A stretch of DNA of 63,131 bases, filler included, from Octopus bimaculoides (taxonomy: Eukaryota), in the NCBI RefSeq assembly GCF_001194135.2. It is 5 parts of 5 records of this genome, joined end to end, with 100 filler letters (N's around TTAATTAATTAA, not from the genome) between each part and the next. Parts side by side here need not be neighbours in the genome. Positions count along the whole stretch, not along the records: positions 1 to 29,326 come from NC_068983.1; positions 29,427 to 37,060 come from NC_069007.1; positions 37,161 to 44,324 come from NC_068992.1; 2 more parts are not named here. One strand, written 5' to 3'. A program made the translations under genes and the position numbers. Numbering within the stretch: position 1 is the first letter of the stretch; every line of letters begins with the position of its first letter. Below, piece after piece: positions 26,918 through 37,870 of the stretch. Below the pieces are notes generated by a model that saw only the letters and a program-made list of their open reading frames with translations, did no database searches and was not told the origin of the DNA.

Positions 26918-27127
26918 ATGCTGGACAAAATGCTTAGCAGTATTTCGCCCGTCGTTATATTCTGGGTTCAAATGCAGCCAAGGTCGACTTTGTCTTTCAT
27001 CCTTTCGGGGTCGATAAATTAAGTACCAGTAAAACACTGGGGTCGATGTAATTGACTAGTCTCCTCTCGCCAAAATTTCAGGCCGTGTGTCTTTAGTAGA
27101 AAGAATTCTTCTTCTTCTTCTTCTTCG
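26918..27127 (+). mobile_element. SINE B with (TTC)n tail
   Basis: Body plus aaaatttcaggcc tail ending in (ttc)n. Confidence 0.85.
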
Positions 27128-27327
27128 ATGAAAACTCTCAGTTTATTTTGCTGGGTATGATGGAAAGTGTCAGCTGTCCACAGCCAGCAGACGAAGGTAA
27201 CAATTATTTACTGGTCATGCTTCAAGAATCCTGCGAAAAATTCTTGCAATTTCAAGCAATGCTGATTTTTGTAGGTGTTCTATCTTTACATCTTTACCAA
27301 TCTTTTTGAGTTATGTTGGTGGTTGAG

Positions 27328-27582
27328 TGCCGGCGTGCTAATGTTTCTTATTTCTTTACTGTCCACAAGAGGCTACACACAGAGGGGACAAACAAGGACA
27401 GACAAAGGGATTAAGTCGATTACATCGACACCAGTGCGTAACTGGTACTTAATTTATCGACTCCGAAAGGATGAAAGGCAAAGTCGACCTCGGCGGAATT
27501 TGAACTCAGAACGTAACGGCAGACGAAATACCGCTAAGCATTTCGCCCAGTGTGCTAACGTTTCTGCCAGCTCGCCGCCTTA
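27328..27582 (-). mobile_element. SINE B (B1) followed by about 20 nt of a second head
   Basis: Junction at 27348/27349. Confidence 0.9.
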
Positions 27583-27905
27583 TGAATGAATATAAAATAT
27601 TGGCTGTTTTTTTCCTTTTTCTTCATGCTAATTGACAAGCCTTAACAATAGATGGGTAAAGGTTACATGAGTAGAAGAGACAGCTCTACNNNNNNNNNNN
27701 NNNNNNNNNNNNNNNNNNNNNNNNNNNNNNNNNNNNNNNNNNNNNNNNNNNNNNNNNNNNNNNNNNNNNNNNNNNNNNNNNNNNNNNNNNNNNNNNNNNN
27801 NNNNNNNNNNNNNNNNNNNNNNNNNNNNNNNNNNNNNNNNNNNNNNNNNNNNNNNNNNNNNNNNNNNNNNNNNNNNNNNNNNNNNNNNNNNNNNNNNNNN
27901 NNNNN

Positions 27906-27944
<39 letters not shown>

Positions 27945-28293
27945 GTGGGTGAAAGTTGCGAAAATGGCAAGAGTGGATGGTACCTCTCTAAGTGTAGACC
28001 CGTGAGTCGGAGAGAAGGAATTGGATGGGCCACTTGCTCATAGGGTTTCATAGAAATCTGGGACAGTGGGGTTCCTTGATTACCTCTAGAGGCGTTCCTG
28101 TATCAGGAGGGCCACATCTCTCTCATCCTCTCTACGATTTTGTTTTTACCTTTGTATGCTATGCATATGCCCCTTCTTTTCCAGTGTATACCGTGTCCAC
28201 TTGTTTTTATAATTTCATTATTATATGTAAACCCCCACACTTTATGTCTGTCTCTGTATTGTCCCTCTCACCCTTGGCCCTTGTAGCAAATAA
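27945..28293 (+). mobile_element. LINE 3' end, Tx1/L1-like (family E), copy 1
   Basis: WVKVAKMARVDGTSLSVDP* plus about 290-bp UTR; preceded by (TCA)n. Clade assignment from recall. Confidence 0.55.
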
Positions 28294-28524
28294 CAACACA
28301 TGGCTATGATGCCCCTCGCACTACTTCTGCTCGAGATCAGAGATGCACATATTGTCAGCCACTAAAGAACATACTCAATTAGTTAAAGTCAAACAACTGA
28401 CAAGCAAATCTGTGGTATTGAGCAGAATATTTGCTGTAGCCCATCTTTTATACCAAGACAAAACAATGTACATGATAACACTTCTAATCAATTAAGATGA
28501 GAAGCCATGAAAGCCGCTACCTGG

Positions 28525-28526
<2 letters not shown>
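28294..28526 (-). mobile_element. Family F fragment
   Basis: Reverse complement of about 12420-12655. Confidence 0.8.
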
Positions 28527-28587
<61 letters not shown>

Positions 28588-28618
28588 TAATAATAATAAT
28601 AATTATTATTATTATTAC

Positions 28619-28990
28619 TGTGAAAGTTACGAAAATGGCAAGAGTGGATGGCACCTGTCTAAGTGCAGACCCGTGAGTCGGAGAGAAGGAATAGGAAAGG
28701 GCACTTGCTCCTAGGGTTTCAGGGAAATCTCGGACAGTGGGGCTCCTCGATTATCCCTAGAGGCCTTCTTGTATCAGGAGGGCCACATGTCTACCATCCT
28801 CCCAACCAATTTTTTACATTTGTATGCTATGCATATGTCCCTTCTTTTTCAGTGTATACCGAATATACTTACTATTTTTTATCATTTCATTATATGTAAA
28901 CCACACACATTATGTCTATCTCTGTATTGTCAACATCATCCTTCGCCCTTGTGGCAAATAAATGAAATCATCATCCTCATCAGCATCATT
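28619..28990 (+). mobile_element. LINE 3' end, Tx1/L1-like (family E), copy 2
   Basis: About 80-85% similar to copy 1 by eye, near-identical 5' breakpoint, aaataaatgaa(atc)n tail; preceded by (ATT)n. Confidence 0.55.
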
Positions 28991-29005
28991 ATCATTATTA
29001 TTATT

Positions 29006-29326
29006 GTTCAGTAGTTTTATTTTTATAACGTGCTTTCACTTCACTACCGAGCGCAGCTCTGTGCGCCTTGGGTATGTGCTGTGGTTTGCTGTGGTGCTCT
29101 TATGTTTACTGTATTGAAAGTGTTTTGCGTAGAATGTGTGCAGTACCCAGTAGTGCAATTTTCTGTATGTTATATATATTTGTAAGTCCTGGTGTTTTTG
29201 TTATGTATTTGTCTGAATATTTTTTTATTATACCTAAGGCACCTACTATGATAGGAATTGTTTCTGTTTTTAGATTCCACATTCGAGTTATCTCTATTTC
29301 CAGGTCTTTGTATTTTGAAAGTTTTT
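29006..29326 (-). mobile_element. R4/Dong-like RLE LINE 3' end (cut by gap)
   Basis: KLSKYKDLEIEITRMWNLKTETIPIIVGALG...GTAHILRKTLSIQ* (stop 29106-29108), uninterrupted over the visible part; 3' UTR runs into (TAA)n. Confidence 0.88.
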
Positions 29327-29482
29327 NNNNNNNNNNNNNNNNNNNNNNNNNNNNNNNNNNNNNNNNNNNNTTAATTAATTAANNNNNNNNNNNNNNNNNN
29401 NNNNNNNNNNNNNNNNNNNNNNNNNNCATACACATGTATACATGGTTGTGCATGTATATATTATGTATGTTTATAAAAACAT

Positions 29483-29531
<49 letters not shown>

Positions 29532-30079
29532 CACTCATACACACACAAACATAAACATACACACACATATGCATATAACTATTTACAACTATATATTATA
29601 AACAGATTTTAAATGTGAAATTAAACTCCATGGCTAAGGCCATCATCAGGATTCGCCCACTCTAAACATCTGTTGAAGGAACAAAAGCGAGTACTACTTA
29701 CACTACATATTGAAAACTGTAAACTCTCTGTGAGCCTGCACCTCGTCATTCATAAAACGCTGTCAAACTCATCTAGTACATAAATTAACTCAGGCTCAGG
29801 CACCACATATTTGAGACGAAATTTTAAACAACGATTAATTCATTAGTATGATTGATGAACTTAATTTTTTGCTTCGGTGTAGTTTTGAAAATTCGTTAGT
29901 CATACTTTAAGAGTGTCAGCAGTAGGTTTGATCTGCGTCCTTAAGCACTGAATTTCCACGTGTGATACAAACTGGTGTATTGCTACAGGAATGTTAACCA
30001 TGTCCTTATGAGGTATTATTATACTAGTTCCGTTTACACAATTAATCTGACGCATCATGTGTTGTTATTGTGGTGCCCT

Positions 30080-30474
30080 TCATACATACATACATACATA
30101 CATACATACATCATTCATGTATACATATATATATATAAATACATGCATACTTATGCACGTACATGCGTTACACACACACACACATATACATACACACATA
30201 TATATATATATATGTATACACTCGTTCATACATGCATACACATATATATATATGTATGTATGCACACGTTCATACTTGCATTTATACACACGTACATACT
30301 TGCATACATGCGAAGATACACACGTGCGTATATGCATATATACACACAAACGTGCGTACAAATATACATGCATAGAAATGCATATAAATACATTCATATA
30401 TTTATATCTATACACACACGCATACACATATATACTTGGTGTGTATGTATATAGTTATGCATGTGTGTACATAC

Positions 30475-30524
<50 letters not shown>

Positions 30525-30845
30525 AACACACACATATGGAGAGAAGAAGAAAGACATACGTACAAATACATACGTACACATACAGATAAAACAAGCTCTC
30601 TCACACACATACTCACACACACACATGCGCACCACCCACACACACACATGCGCACCACCCACACACACACGTCTACATGTATAATATTCTCATGTCAAAG
30701 TTCGTCGTAATTTGACATCAATCCGTGTAATTTTAGAGGTTTGTTGAAATACACTTCGCAGCCATTACCTCACCACCCTCACCACCACTGCCACCAACAC
30801 CCCTCACCACCACCACTACTATTACTACCGCTGCCACCACCACTA
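30080..30845. repeat. Long compound microsatellite (TACA/TA/CA, then CCA/CTA)
   Basis: Visible directly. Other large tracts: (TCTA)n 10283-10415, 18671-18770, 26636-26722; (TAA)n 11828-11902, 12343-12400, 28526-28600, 33808-33880; (CT)n 41800-41895; (GATA)n/(GA)n 56790-56915. Confidence 0.95.
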
Positions 30846-31379
30846 TACTGATCTTTCCCACTTTTTCCGAAAGATCATGTAACAGCGGTTTGCCATTCTC
30901 ATTCACACACGTGACCTTATGTTAAGGTCTATACATCACATAACTTCATTTTCATTTTTCACTTTGCCTCTTTTGTTTTCTCTATTTTAATTTGCATTTG
31001 GAAACAGAGATACTTCACTTTAATGCTATGGTGCGTAGGATTAAAATCTCATCATTTTCCGACAGAAGAGAGCCAACCAAATTCTATGCAAGAAATAACA
31101 GAAAAATATCTCGCAAATCGCATGAACTTTCTCAATAAGAAAGTATACACAGAATGCAAATCTTCGATTTATTTCATAGTTGTTTGAACGTAAAACTCAA
31201 ACTCAAGAGCCTTAGGATAAGTATAATTCAGGATGTTCCACGAATAACTATTTATATCAAGGAAATCGGGTAAAGTAAGAAAGCAAAACTGACAGAATTT
31301 TATGTTTATACTTAATTATGATACCAAAAGAAATAAATTTATAAATCTTACGTCGAAATTTTATTGAAAATTTTCAAAG

Positions 31380-31592
31380 TAGGAGTGGAGTGGCTGTGTG
31401 GTAAGTAGCTTGCTTACCAACCACATGGTTCCGGGTTCATTCCCACTGCGTGGCACCTTGGGCAAGTGTCTTCTACTATAGCCTCGGGCCGACCAAAGCC
31501 TTGTGAGTGGATTTGGTAGATGGAAACTGAAAGAAGCCCGTCGTATATATGCATATATATATATATGTGTGTGTGATTGTGTGTGTGTGTGT

Positions 31593-31627
<35 letters not shown>

Positions 31628-31837
31628 TGTCTGTGTTTGTCCCCCCAACATCGCTAGACAACCGATACTGGTGTGTTTACGTCCCCGTAACTTAGCGGTT
31701 CGGCAAAAAGAGACGGATAGAATAAGTACTAGGCTTCCAAAGAATAAGTCCTGGGGTCGATTTGCTCGACTAAAAGGCGGTGCTCTAGTATGGCCGCAGT
31801 CAAATGACTGAAACAAGTGAAAGAGTAAAGAGTAAAG
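31380..31837 (+). mobile_element. SINE family A, full length (tRNA head, CORE-like segment, internal TA/TG microsatellite)
   Basis: A-box tggctgtgtggta, B-box gggttcattccc, accttgggcaagt CORE-like motif, central (TA)n(TG)n, aaagagt tail. Partial copies at 1-237, 3255-3480, 8893-9032, 19051-19271, 21102-21322, 23486-23750, 38333-38504, 52153-52296, 61270-61420, 62570-62660. Confidence 0.9.
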
Positions 31838-32151
31838 TGTTCTGTTTGTATCCTAGAAAATTTCAAATCTACCGTTAGCGTGCGAAACACATTTTGAATA
31901 CGCTCTTCAAGTTCAGCCAAACTGAAGTGAATGGGTTCTGAATGCACTGCTAACTGAATGTGCCCTTCAAGTTCAGCTAAACTATTGCTCCATTCTGTGG
32001 GTGGAGGTAGAGAAAATCATTGCAGCCAAATTGAACAAAAAGCGGGATCCAACAGAAATGAAAATAAAATTATCAAAAAACATAACAATTATAGAATCAT
32101 AAAGCAAATCTAAAATTTATACACTTTTAACAAATACTGAACGTCATAAAC

Positions 32152-32320
32152 ACGAGGGTGAGTCAAAAAGTAATGCCATTTCGTTAAGGACTGGTATAAT
32201 TACAACCACAGGAATATGTATCATACATCAAAATGAAGCTGGTCCTCTGTGGATCACATCCCTACGTCTCTACATAGTCACCGTTTCTCTCAATAGCAAT
32301 GTTCCACTTTCGAATGAGAG
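32152..32320. mobile_element. Tc1/mariner terminal fragment
   Basis: Starts acgagggtgagtcaaaaagt, a mariner-type TIR; truncated by the adjacent RLE LINE. Confidence 0.5.
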
Positions 32321-32324
32321 CATG

Positions 32325-33658
32325 TATCCCAGCTATTATCAAGGAAATTGACCCACAAGAAAGTATACCTGGGAATAAACGAAGGGATGGTATATATCAT
32401 AAGAAAGGAGTACTACAGGAGAATAAGACTTGTGCTAAAAACTGGACTCAACTCGAAAAATCGCATCGAAGCCATTAACATCATGGCATTTCCAGTAGTC
32501 CAATACAGTTTTAACATCACTAACTGGAACCCTACAGAGCTCCAACGCCTGGACAAGAAGACGAGAAAATTATCGACATCTAAGAACATGTACCCCCCCC
32601 CGCCCCACACACCAAGCAAATGTTGACTACCTAGAAGAGTAGTAAAGGAAAAGGAATGATGCTAAAAGACCTCCGCAATAGCAATGAACTGGTACTTATA
32701 TAGAAGAGAGGAATAGATGCTGCGACATGTGTGCAAAGATGAAAGTAACAAAATGTCACATTCTATTGTCAAGGAAGCTTATAAATTCGTAAGGGAACTT
32801 GGCATTAAACCTGAATTCGATAAAGGGACTGAAACCACCGCCATCAAGCAAGCAAAATGAATCAAGCAGACTGCATAAAAAAAAAAAACAGTCAGAAACA
32901 AAATGAGAAGCGTTGGAGTCAGAAGCCTTAGTATGGACAGTATATTCTTCGATGTCAAAATGCTGATGTAGACCAAGCAACAACTCATCAATGGCTGAGA
33001 AGCGCAGGACTGAAAGCAGAAACTGAAGGTTTCATATTGGCGGCACAAGATCGAGGCTTGCTTACCAAAAACTACCAGGACAACGTTCTTCAAAACGGTT
33101 CTGACCCTAAATGCAGATTCTGCGATAAATTTGAGGAAGCAATAGACCATCTCATCTCTGGATATCCTGTGCTGAGTCCAAACGAATACAAATATCGCCA
33201 CAACAGAGTAGGGCGGTGTTTACAGTGGAAAATATGTAAACACTACAAAAACTGGCACTCTTGCTCACTGGTATGAACATCATCCTGAGCCAGTCGTTGG
33301 AGTTAAAAATGTCACAATCCTCTGGGGTTTTCCAGTCAACACCGACAACAACATAGTCGTTAAAGACCGAAAAGAAAATACTTGTAGACTATTGGATGTA
33401 AGTGTTTATACTGATAAAAATATACCTGTAAAGGAATTTGACTAATTAAGTAAATATAAGGACCTGGAAATTGAAATACAAAAGATGTGGCATCTTAAAA
33501 TGAGAACTATTTGTGTTGTTGTGGGTGCCCCAGCTATGATAAAAAAGGGATGTCAGAAACATCTAGATAATATCCCAGGAGAACCATGTCTCAGAGACTT
33601 CCAAAAGACCGTGCTGACAAGTACTGCCCACATCCTTAAAAAAACCTTCTCAATTTAA
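32325..33658 (+). mobile_element. R4/Dong-like RLE non-LTR retrotransposon, degraded 3' ORF
   Basis: Post-RT KEYYRRIRLVLK...INIMAFPVVQYSF; WLRSAGLKAETEGFILAAQD; CCHC knuckle CRFC...HLISG; RLE region SKYKDLEIEIQKMW...TAHILKK; stops and frameshifts. Confidence 0.9.
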
Positions 33659-33832
33659 ATGTGCTGTAGTATATGAATATATTTCCGAAATTACGAAAGG
33701 CTAAGTCGACCTAGGTGGTATTTAAACTCAGAGCGGGAGGCCAGACGAAATACCGCTAAGCATTTCGCCGGACCTGTAAACGATTCTACCAGCTCACTGC
33801 CTTAAGTGGTAATAATAATAATAATAATAATG

Positions 33833-33883
<51 letters not shown>

Positions 33884-34069
33884 TTTTTAAAATATTATTT
33901 TACTTTGAACTCGAGAAAGACAGAAGTACTGTCGAAATATTGTTCAACGAATAAAACATTTATACAATCGAATCGCGCTTTTCGTCTTGACTAATAATAA
34001 TAATAATATTAATAATAATAATGATGATGATAATAATAGTAATAATAATAATAAACATGTTAGGCTCAC

Positions 34070-34424
34070 CTATTGATGGTAAAAATGTACGCATGAAATT
34101 TGGTTTTATCGATTTGTGACTGTGGCTGGTAGCATTCGCTGTCGGTTCACTTACATTGTTAAACATGGTGGACGTTTGTCTGTGTTTGGTTCTATTCAAT
34201 GCAATGCTTATATGCTGTTGTATCACATGTATGCGGTGTAATTGCTTTAGTTCTTTCTTTAGTTTCAAACACTCGGTTGTATTACAGGGAGGTTGAACAG
34301 GCTTTGCGGTTCTGAAATTAAGATGACTATTTGGATGACAGCTGTACTCAGCTATGAAACACAACGCCATGAGTAACCAGCCGACGTATATTCCACAGTG
34401 ATTCACTATATAGGACGGTGCCAT
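34070..34424 (-). CDS. Probable first coding exon of a secreted protein, TGF-beta-superfamily prodomain-like
   Basis: ATG in caacATGG context with an in-frame upstream TAG; signal-peptide-like MAPSYIVNHCGIYVGWLLMALCFIAEYSC; CLKLKKELKQLHRIHVIQQHISIAL has the spacing of TGFB1 [25 protein letters not shown]; four N-x-S/T sites; AG|GTGAGC donor after 355 nt (phase 1); alternative AT|GTAAGT donor after codon 90. Confidence 0.65.
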
Positions 34425-34439
34425 GTTGTTGCAAACGAT

Positions 34440-34612
34440 GATCGAATGACGATGTTGTTGGTAATGGTTATGGTGGTGGTAACGCTGATGCTTTTGGTGG
34501 TGATGGGGGTGCTGCTGTTGGATGTGGTAGTGACGCTGCTATTGTTGCTGCTACTGCCGCAGTTGCTGTTGTTGATGGCTCAGTTGCTGCTGTTGATGGC
34601 TCAGTTGCTGCT
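34440..34612 (-). repeat. Compound CAA/CAG/CAC trinucleotide tract in the presumed 5' UTR
   Basis: Mixed trinucleotide runs with an internal 21-nt duplication, directly upstream of the 34424 ATG. Confidence 0.75.
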
Positions 34613-34699
34613 ACAAAGAAAACAAAGGAAGAATTTAATTACTCAATAACAACACATGTATACATAAATATACGGTGCTTAGGGTTTCGCGACACTGTG

Positions 34700-34775
34700 T
34701 GTTCTTAGTTTCGATTTCTGTACGGGCCGGGGGTGGGAGGTTCACTGTGTGCCACGTAAGAGTGTGGCACACAAT
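34700..34775 (-). promoter_or_regulatory. Putative promoter region of the minus-strand gene
   Basis: Locally GC/CpG-rich (gggccgggggtgggagg) with a 10-bp perfect inverted repeat, about 300 bp upstream of the ATG. Positional inference only. Confidence 0.3.
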
Positions 34776-34856
34776 GATTTGATGAAGGGAATGAACTAAT
34801 GAGTAGCACAGTCATTTGATTTCAAATATATATATATATATATAATTATATATATA

Positions 34857-35180
34857 TTGTGTTGTTGGCACTCCGTCGCTTACGACGTTGAGGGTTCCAG
34901 TTGATCCGATCAACGGAACAGCCTGCTCGTGAAATTAACGTACAAGTGGCTGAGCACTCCGCGGACACGTGTACCCTTAACGTAGTTCTCGGGGATATTC
35001 AGCGTGACACTGTGTGACAAGGCTGACCCTTTGAATTACAGGCACAACAGAAACAGGAAGTAAGAGTGAGAGAAAGCTGTGGTGAAAGAGTACAGCAGAG
35101 TTCGCCACCATCCCCTGCCGGAGCCTCGTGGAGCTTTAGGTGTTTTCGCTCAATAAACACTCACAGTGTCCGGTCTGGGA
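34857..35180 (-). mobile_element. SINE family C (C1), head cut by gap
   Basis: About 95% identical by eye to the reverse complement of 36018-36410. Confidence 0.9.
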
Positions 35181-35748
35181 NNNNNNNNNNNNNNNNNNNN
35201 NNNNNNNNNNNNNNNNNNNNNNNNNNNNNNNNNNNNNNNNNNNNNNNNNNNNNNNNNNNNNNNNNNNNNNNNNNNNNNNNNNNNNNNNNNNNNNNNNNNN
35301 NNNNNNNNNNNNNNNNNNNNNNNNNNNNNNNNNNNNNNNNNNNNNNNNNNNNNNNNNNNNNNNNNNNNNNNNNNNNNNNNNNNNNNNNNNNNNNNNNNNN
35401 NNNNNNNNNNNNNNNNNNNNNNNNNNNNNNNNNNNNNNNNNNNNNNNNNNNNNNNNNNNNNNNNNNNNNNNNNNNNNNNNNNNNNNNNNNNNNNNNNNNN
35501 NNNNNNNNNNNNNNNNNNNNNNNNNNNNNNNNNNNNNNNNNNNNNNNNNNNNNNNNNNNNNNNNNNNNNNNNNNNNNNNNNNNNNNNNNNNNNNNNNNNN
35601 NNNNNNNNNNNNNNNNNNNNNNNNNNNNNNNNNNNNNATATATATATATATATATACCCACACATATATACTTTTGATAAATAAATGCAAAGTCATGTAT
35701 TCACTTCTTATGTCATGTTACGGATACCATGTTTCTTAAGTTGTTTAC

Positions 35749-35808
<60 letters not shown>

Positions 35809-36017
35809 GGCAGCGAATTGGCAGAATCTTCAGCACACCGGGTGAAATACTTCGCAGTATTTCGTTTGACCATAAGTTCTGAGTTCAAATTCCACCGCAA
35901 GCGACTTTGCCTTTCATCGTTTCAAGATCGATAAAATAAGTACCAGATGAACACTAAAGTCGACTTATCCCCTCTCTCAAAATGGCTGTCTATGTGGTAA
36001 AATCTGAAGCCATTGTT

Positions 36018-36410
36018 GTGGAGGCGCAATGCCCAATTGGTTAGGGCAGCGGACTCGCGGTCATAGGATCGCGGTTTCGATTCCGAGACCGGGCGTTGTG
36101 AGTGTTTATTGAGCGAAAACACCTAAAGCTGCACGAGGCTCCGGCAGGGGATGGTGGCGAACCCTGCTCTACTCTTTCACCACAACTTTCTCTCACTCTT
36201 ACTTCCTGTTTCTGTTGTGCCTGTAATTCAAAGGGGCCAGCCTTGTCACACTGTGTCACGCTGCATATCCCCGAGAACTACGTTAAGGGTACACGTGTCC
36301 GCGGAGTGCTCAGCCACTTGTACGTTAATTTCACGAGCAGGCTGTTCCGTTGATCGGATCAACTGGAACCCTCGACGTCGTAAGCGACGGAGTGCCAACA
36401 ACAACAACAA
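36018..36410 (+). mobile_element. SINE family C (C1), full length, (CAA)n tail
   Basis: tRNA-Arg-like head ggcgcaatg...gtttcgattcc; 3' end ggagtgccaacaacaac. Confidence 0.9.
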
Positions 36411-36563
36411 GAAACACACAAAAGCCGTTAGATTTACTTCAACATTCCGTGCTGCATTACGGAATTTTGTCAGCGAACAGGTTGCGGTCTCAAAGCGACG
36501 AAAATATTTTTGTAAATTAAATTTAAATGTTGAAGTGAATCTAATGGTTTTTGTGTGTTTCTT
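36409..36563. repeat. 155-bp fold-back element (possible MITE)
   Basis: 38-bp inverted arms 36409-36446 and 36526-36563, 35/38 identical, 79-nt spacer. Confidence 0.85.
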
Positions 36564-37160
36564 AAATGGCTTATAAACACCTTCCACGCTGCTATTGTAT
36601 ATATCACAAATGCAAGTTAAATTCCATAATATTACAAACGTACAACTCTTCCATTTAAATTCTCCGAAATACTGCTGTCTTGGCATCAATTATTTAAATT
36701 AATCCATGATACCAGCTCATGTATTATCATTTGTATTCGACAAACAAGTTTACCTCTGTTCCAAGATTCTATACGCAATAAATACCTACATAACATTTTG
36801 TATGTTTCTATGTCTATACATGTACATGTGTGCACTCTAAAGGCTAAATTTTTAGAGGATTGGCACATTTTTACAATATGTACAAATGAACCTGTCTGTT
36901 TTGAATTTGTACAGAAGGGTATATTTGTATATGCATATGTTGCACAGATATATATATATATATGCAAGTATGTATGTATTATGTAGATAAATATAGATAA
37001 GGTATATAGATAAAGCCAGATAGATAGATAATCATTATATATATATATATATATATATATNNNNNNNNNNNNNNNNNNNNNNNNNNNNNNNNNNNNNNNN
37101 NNNNTTAATTAATTAANNNNNNNNNNNNNNNNNNNNNNNNNNNNNNNNNNNNNNNNNNNN

Positions 37161-37375
37161 GTGACTCCTGGGTAATATGGAGAAGGATCTCCATTTTTTT
37201 ACCCACCCACTGTTGCTTTTCAGAAACATTAATTTGCAATATGTCAACTTCCTCCATATCGACACACACGGCTGATGTTATCCATAGTGTGTCTACCGTG
37301 GGAGGAATATTTTTTATGATAACCCTTGTTACCCTCCGACCAAGGTAACTCGGTATCATTGTTAACTCTTAAAAG
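37161..37375 (-). mobile_element. Probable Tx1/L1-like ORF1 fragment
   Basis: MIPSYLGRRVTRVIIKNIPPTVDTLWITSAV...EVDILQI...WVGKKMEILL, recalled as similar to retroelement ORF1 products; cut by gap. Confidence 0.4.
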
Positions 37376-37421
37376 GCCAACTTACTTGCGAGCCGATGCG
37401 ACTAGCATCCGTCCAGATCAG

Positions 37422-37476
<55 letters not shown>

Positions 37477-37479
37477 GAT

Positions 37480-37581
37480 CGATATGGTTCAGGGTTCAGT
37501 TCCACTGCGTGGCATCTTGGGCAAGTGTCTTCTACTCGGGCCGACCAAAACCTTGTGTGTGGATTTGAAAGAAGCCCGTCG

Positions 37582-37677
<96 letters not shown>

Positions 37678-37870
37678 TCTGTGTGCGTGTGTGTGTCTAT
37701 TTATGTATTTGTCCCCTCATCACCGCTTGACAACCGGTGTTGATGTGTTTACGTCCCCGTATCCTTGAAGTTCGGCAAAAGGCACCGATATAATAAGTAC
37801 TAGGCTTAAGAAATAAGTCCTTCGGTCGATTTCTTCGTTTAAAACCCTTCAATATGGTGCTCCGACATGG
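37480..37870 (+). mobile_element. SINE family A, 5'-truncated, long (TG)n
   Basis: Starts at the B-box region after (GATA)n; both halves present. Confidence 0.85.

Noticed and set aside
29975-30710. His/Tyr/Ile/Thr-rich ORFs of 100-217 aa
   Set aside because: Translations of (TA)/(CA)/(TACA) microsatellites, open in several frames.
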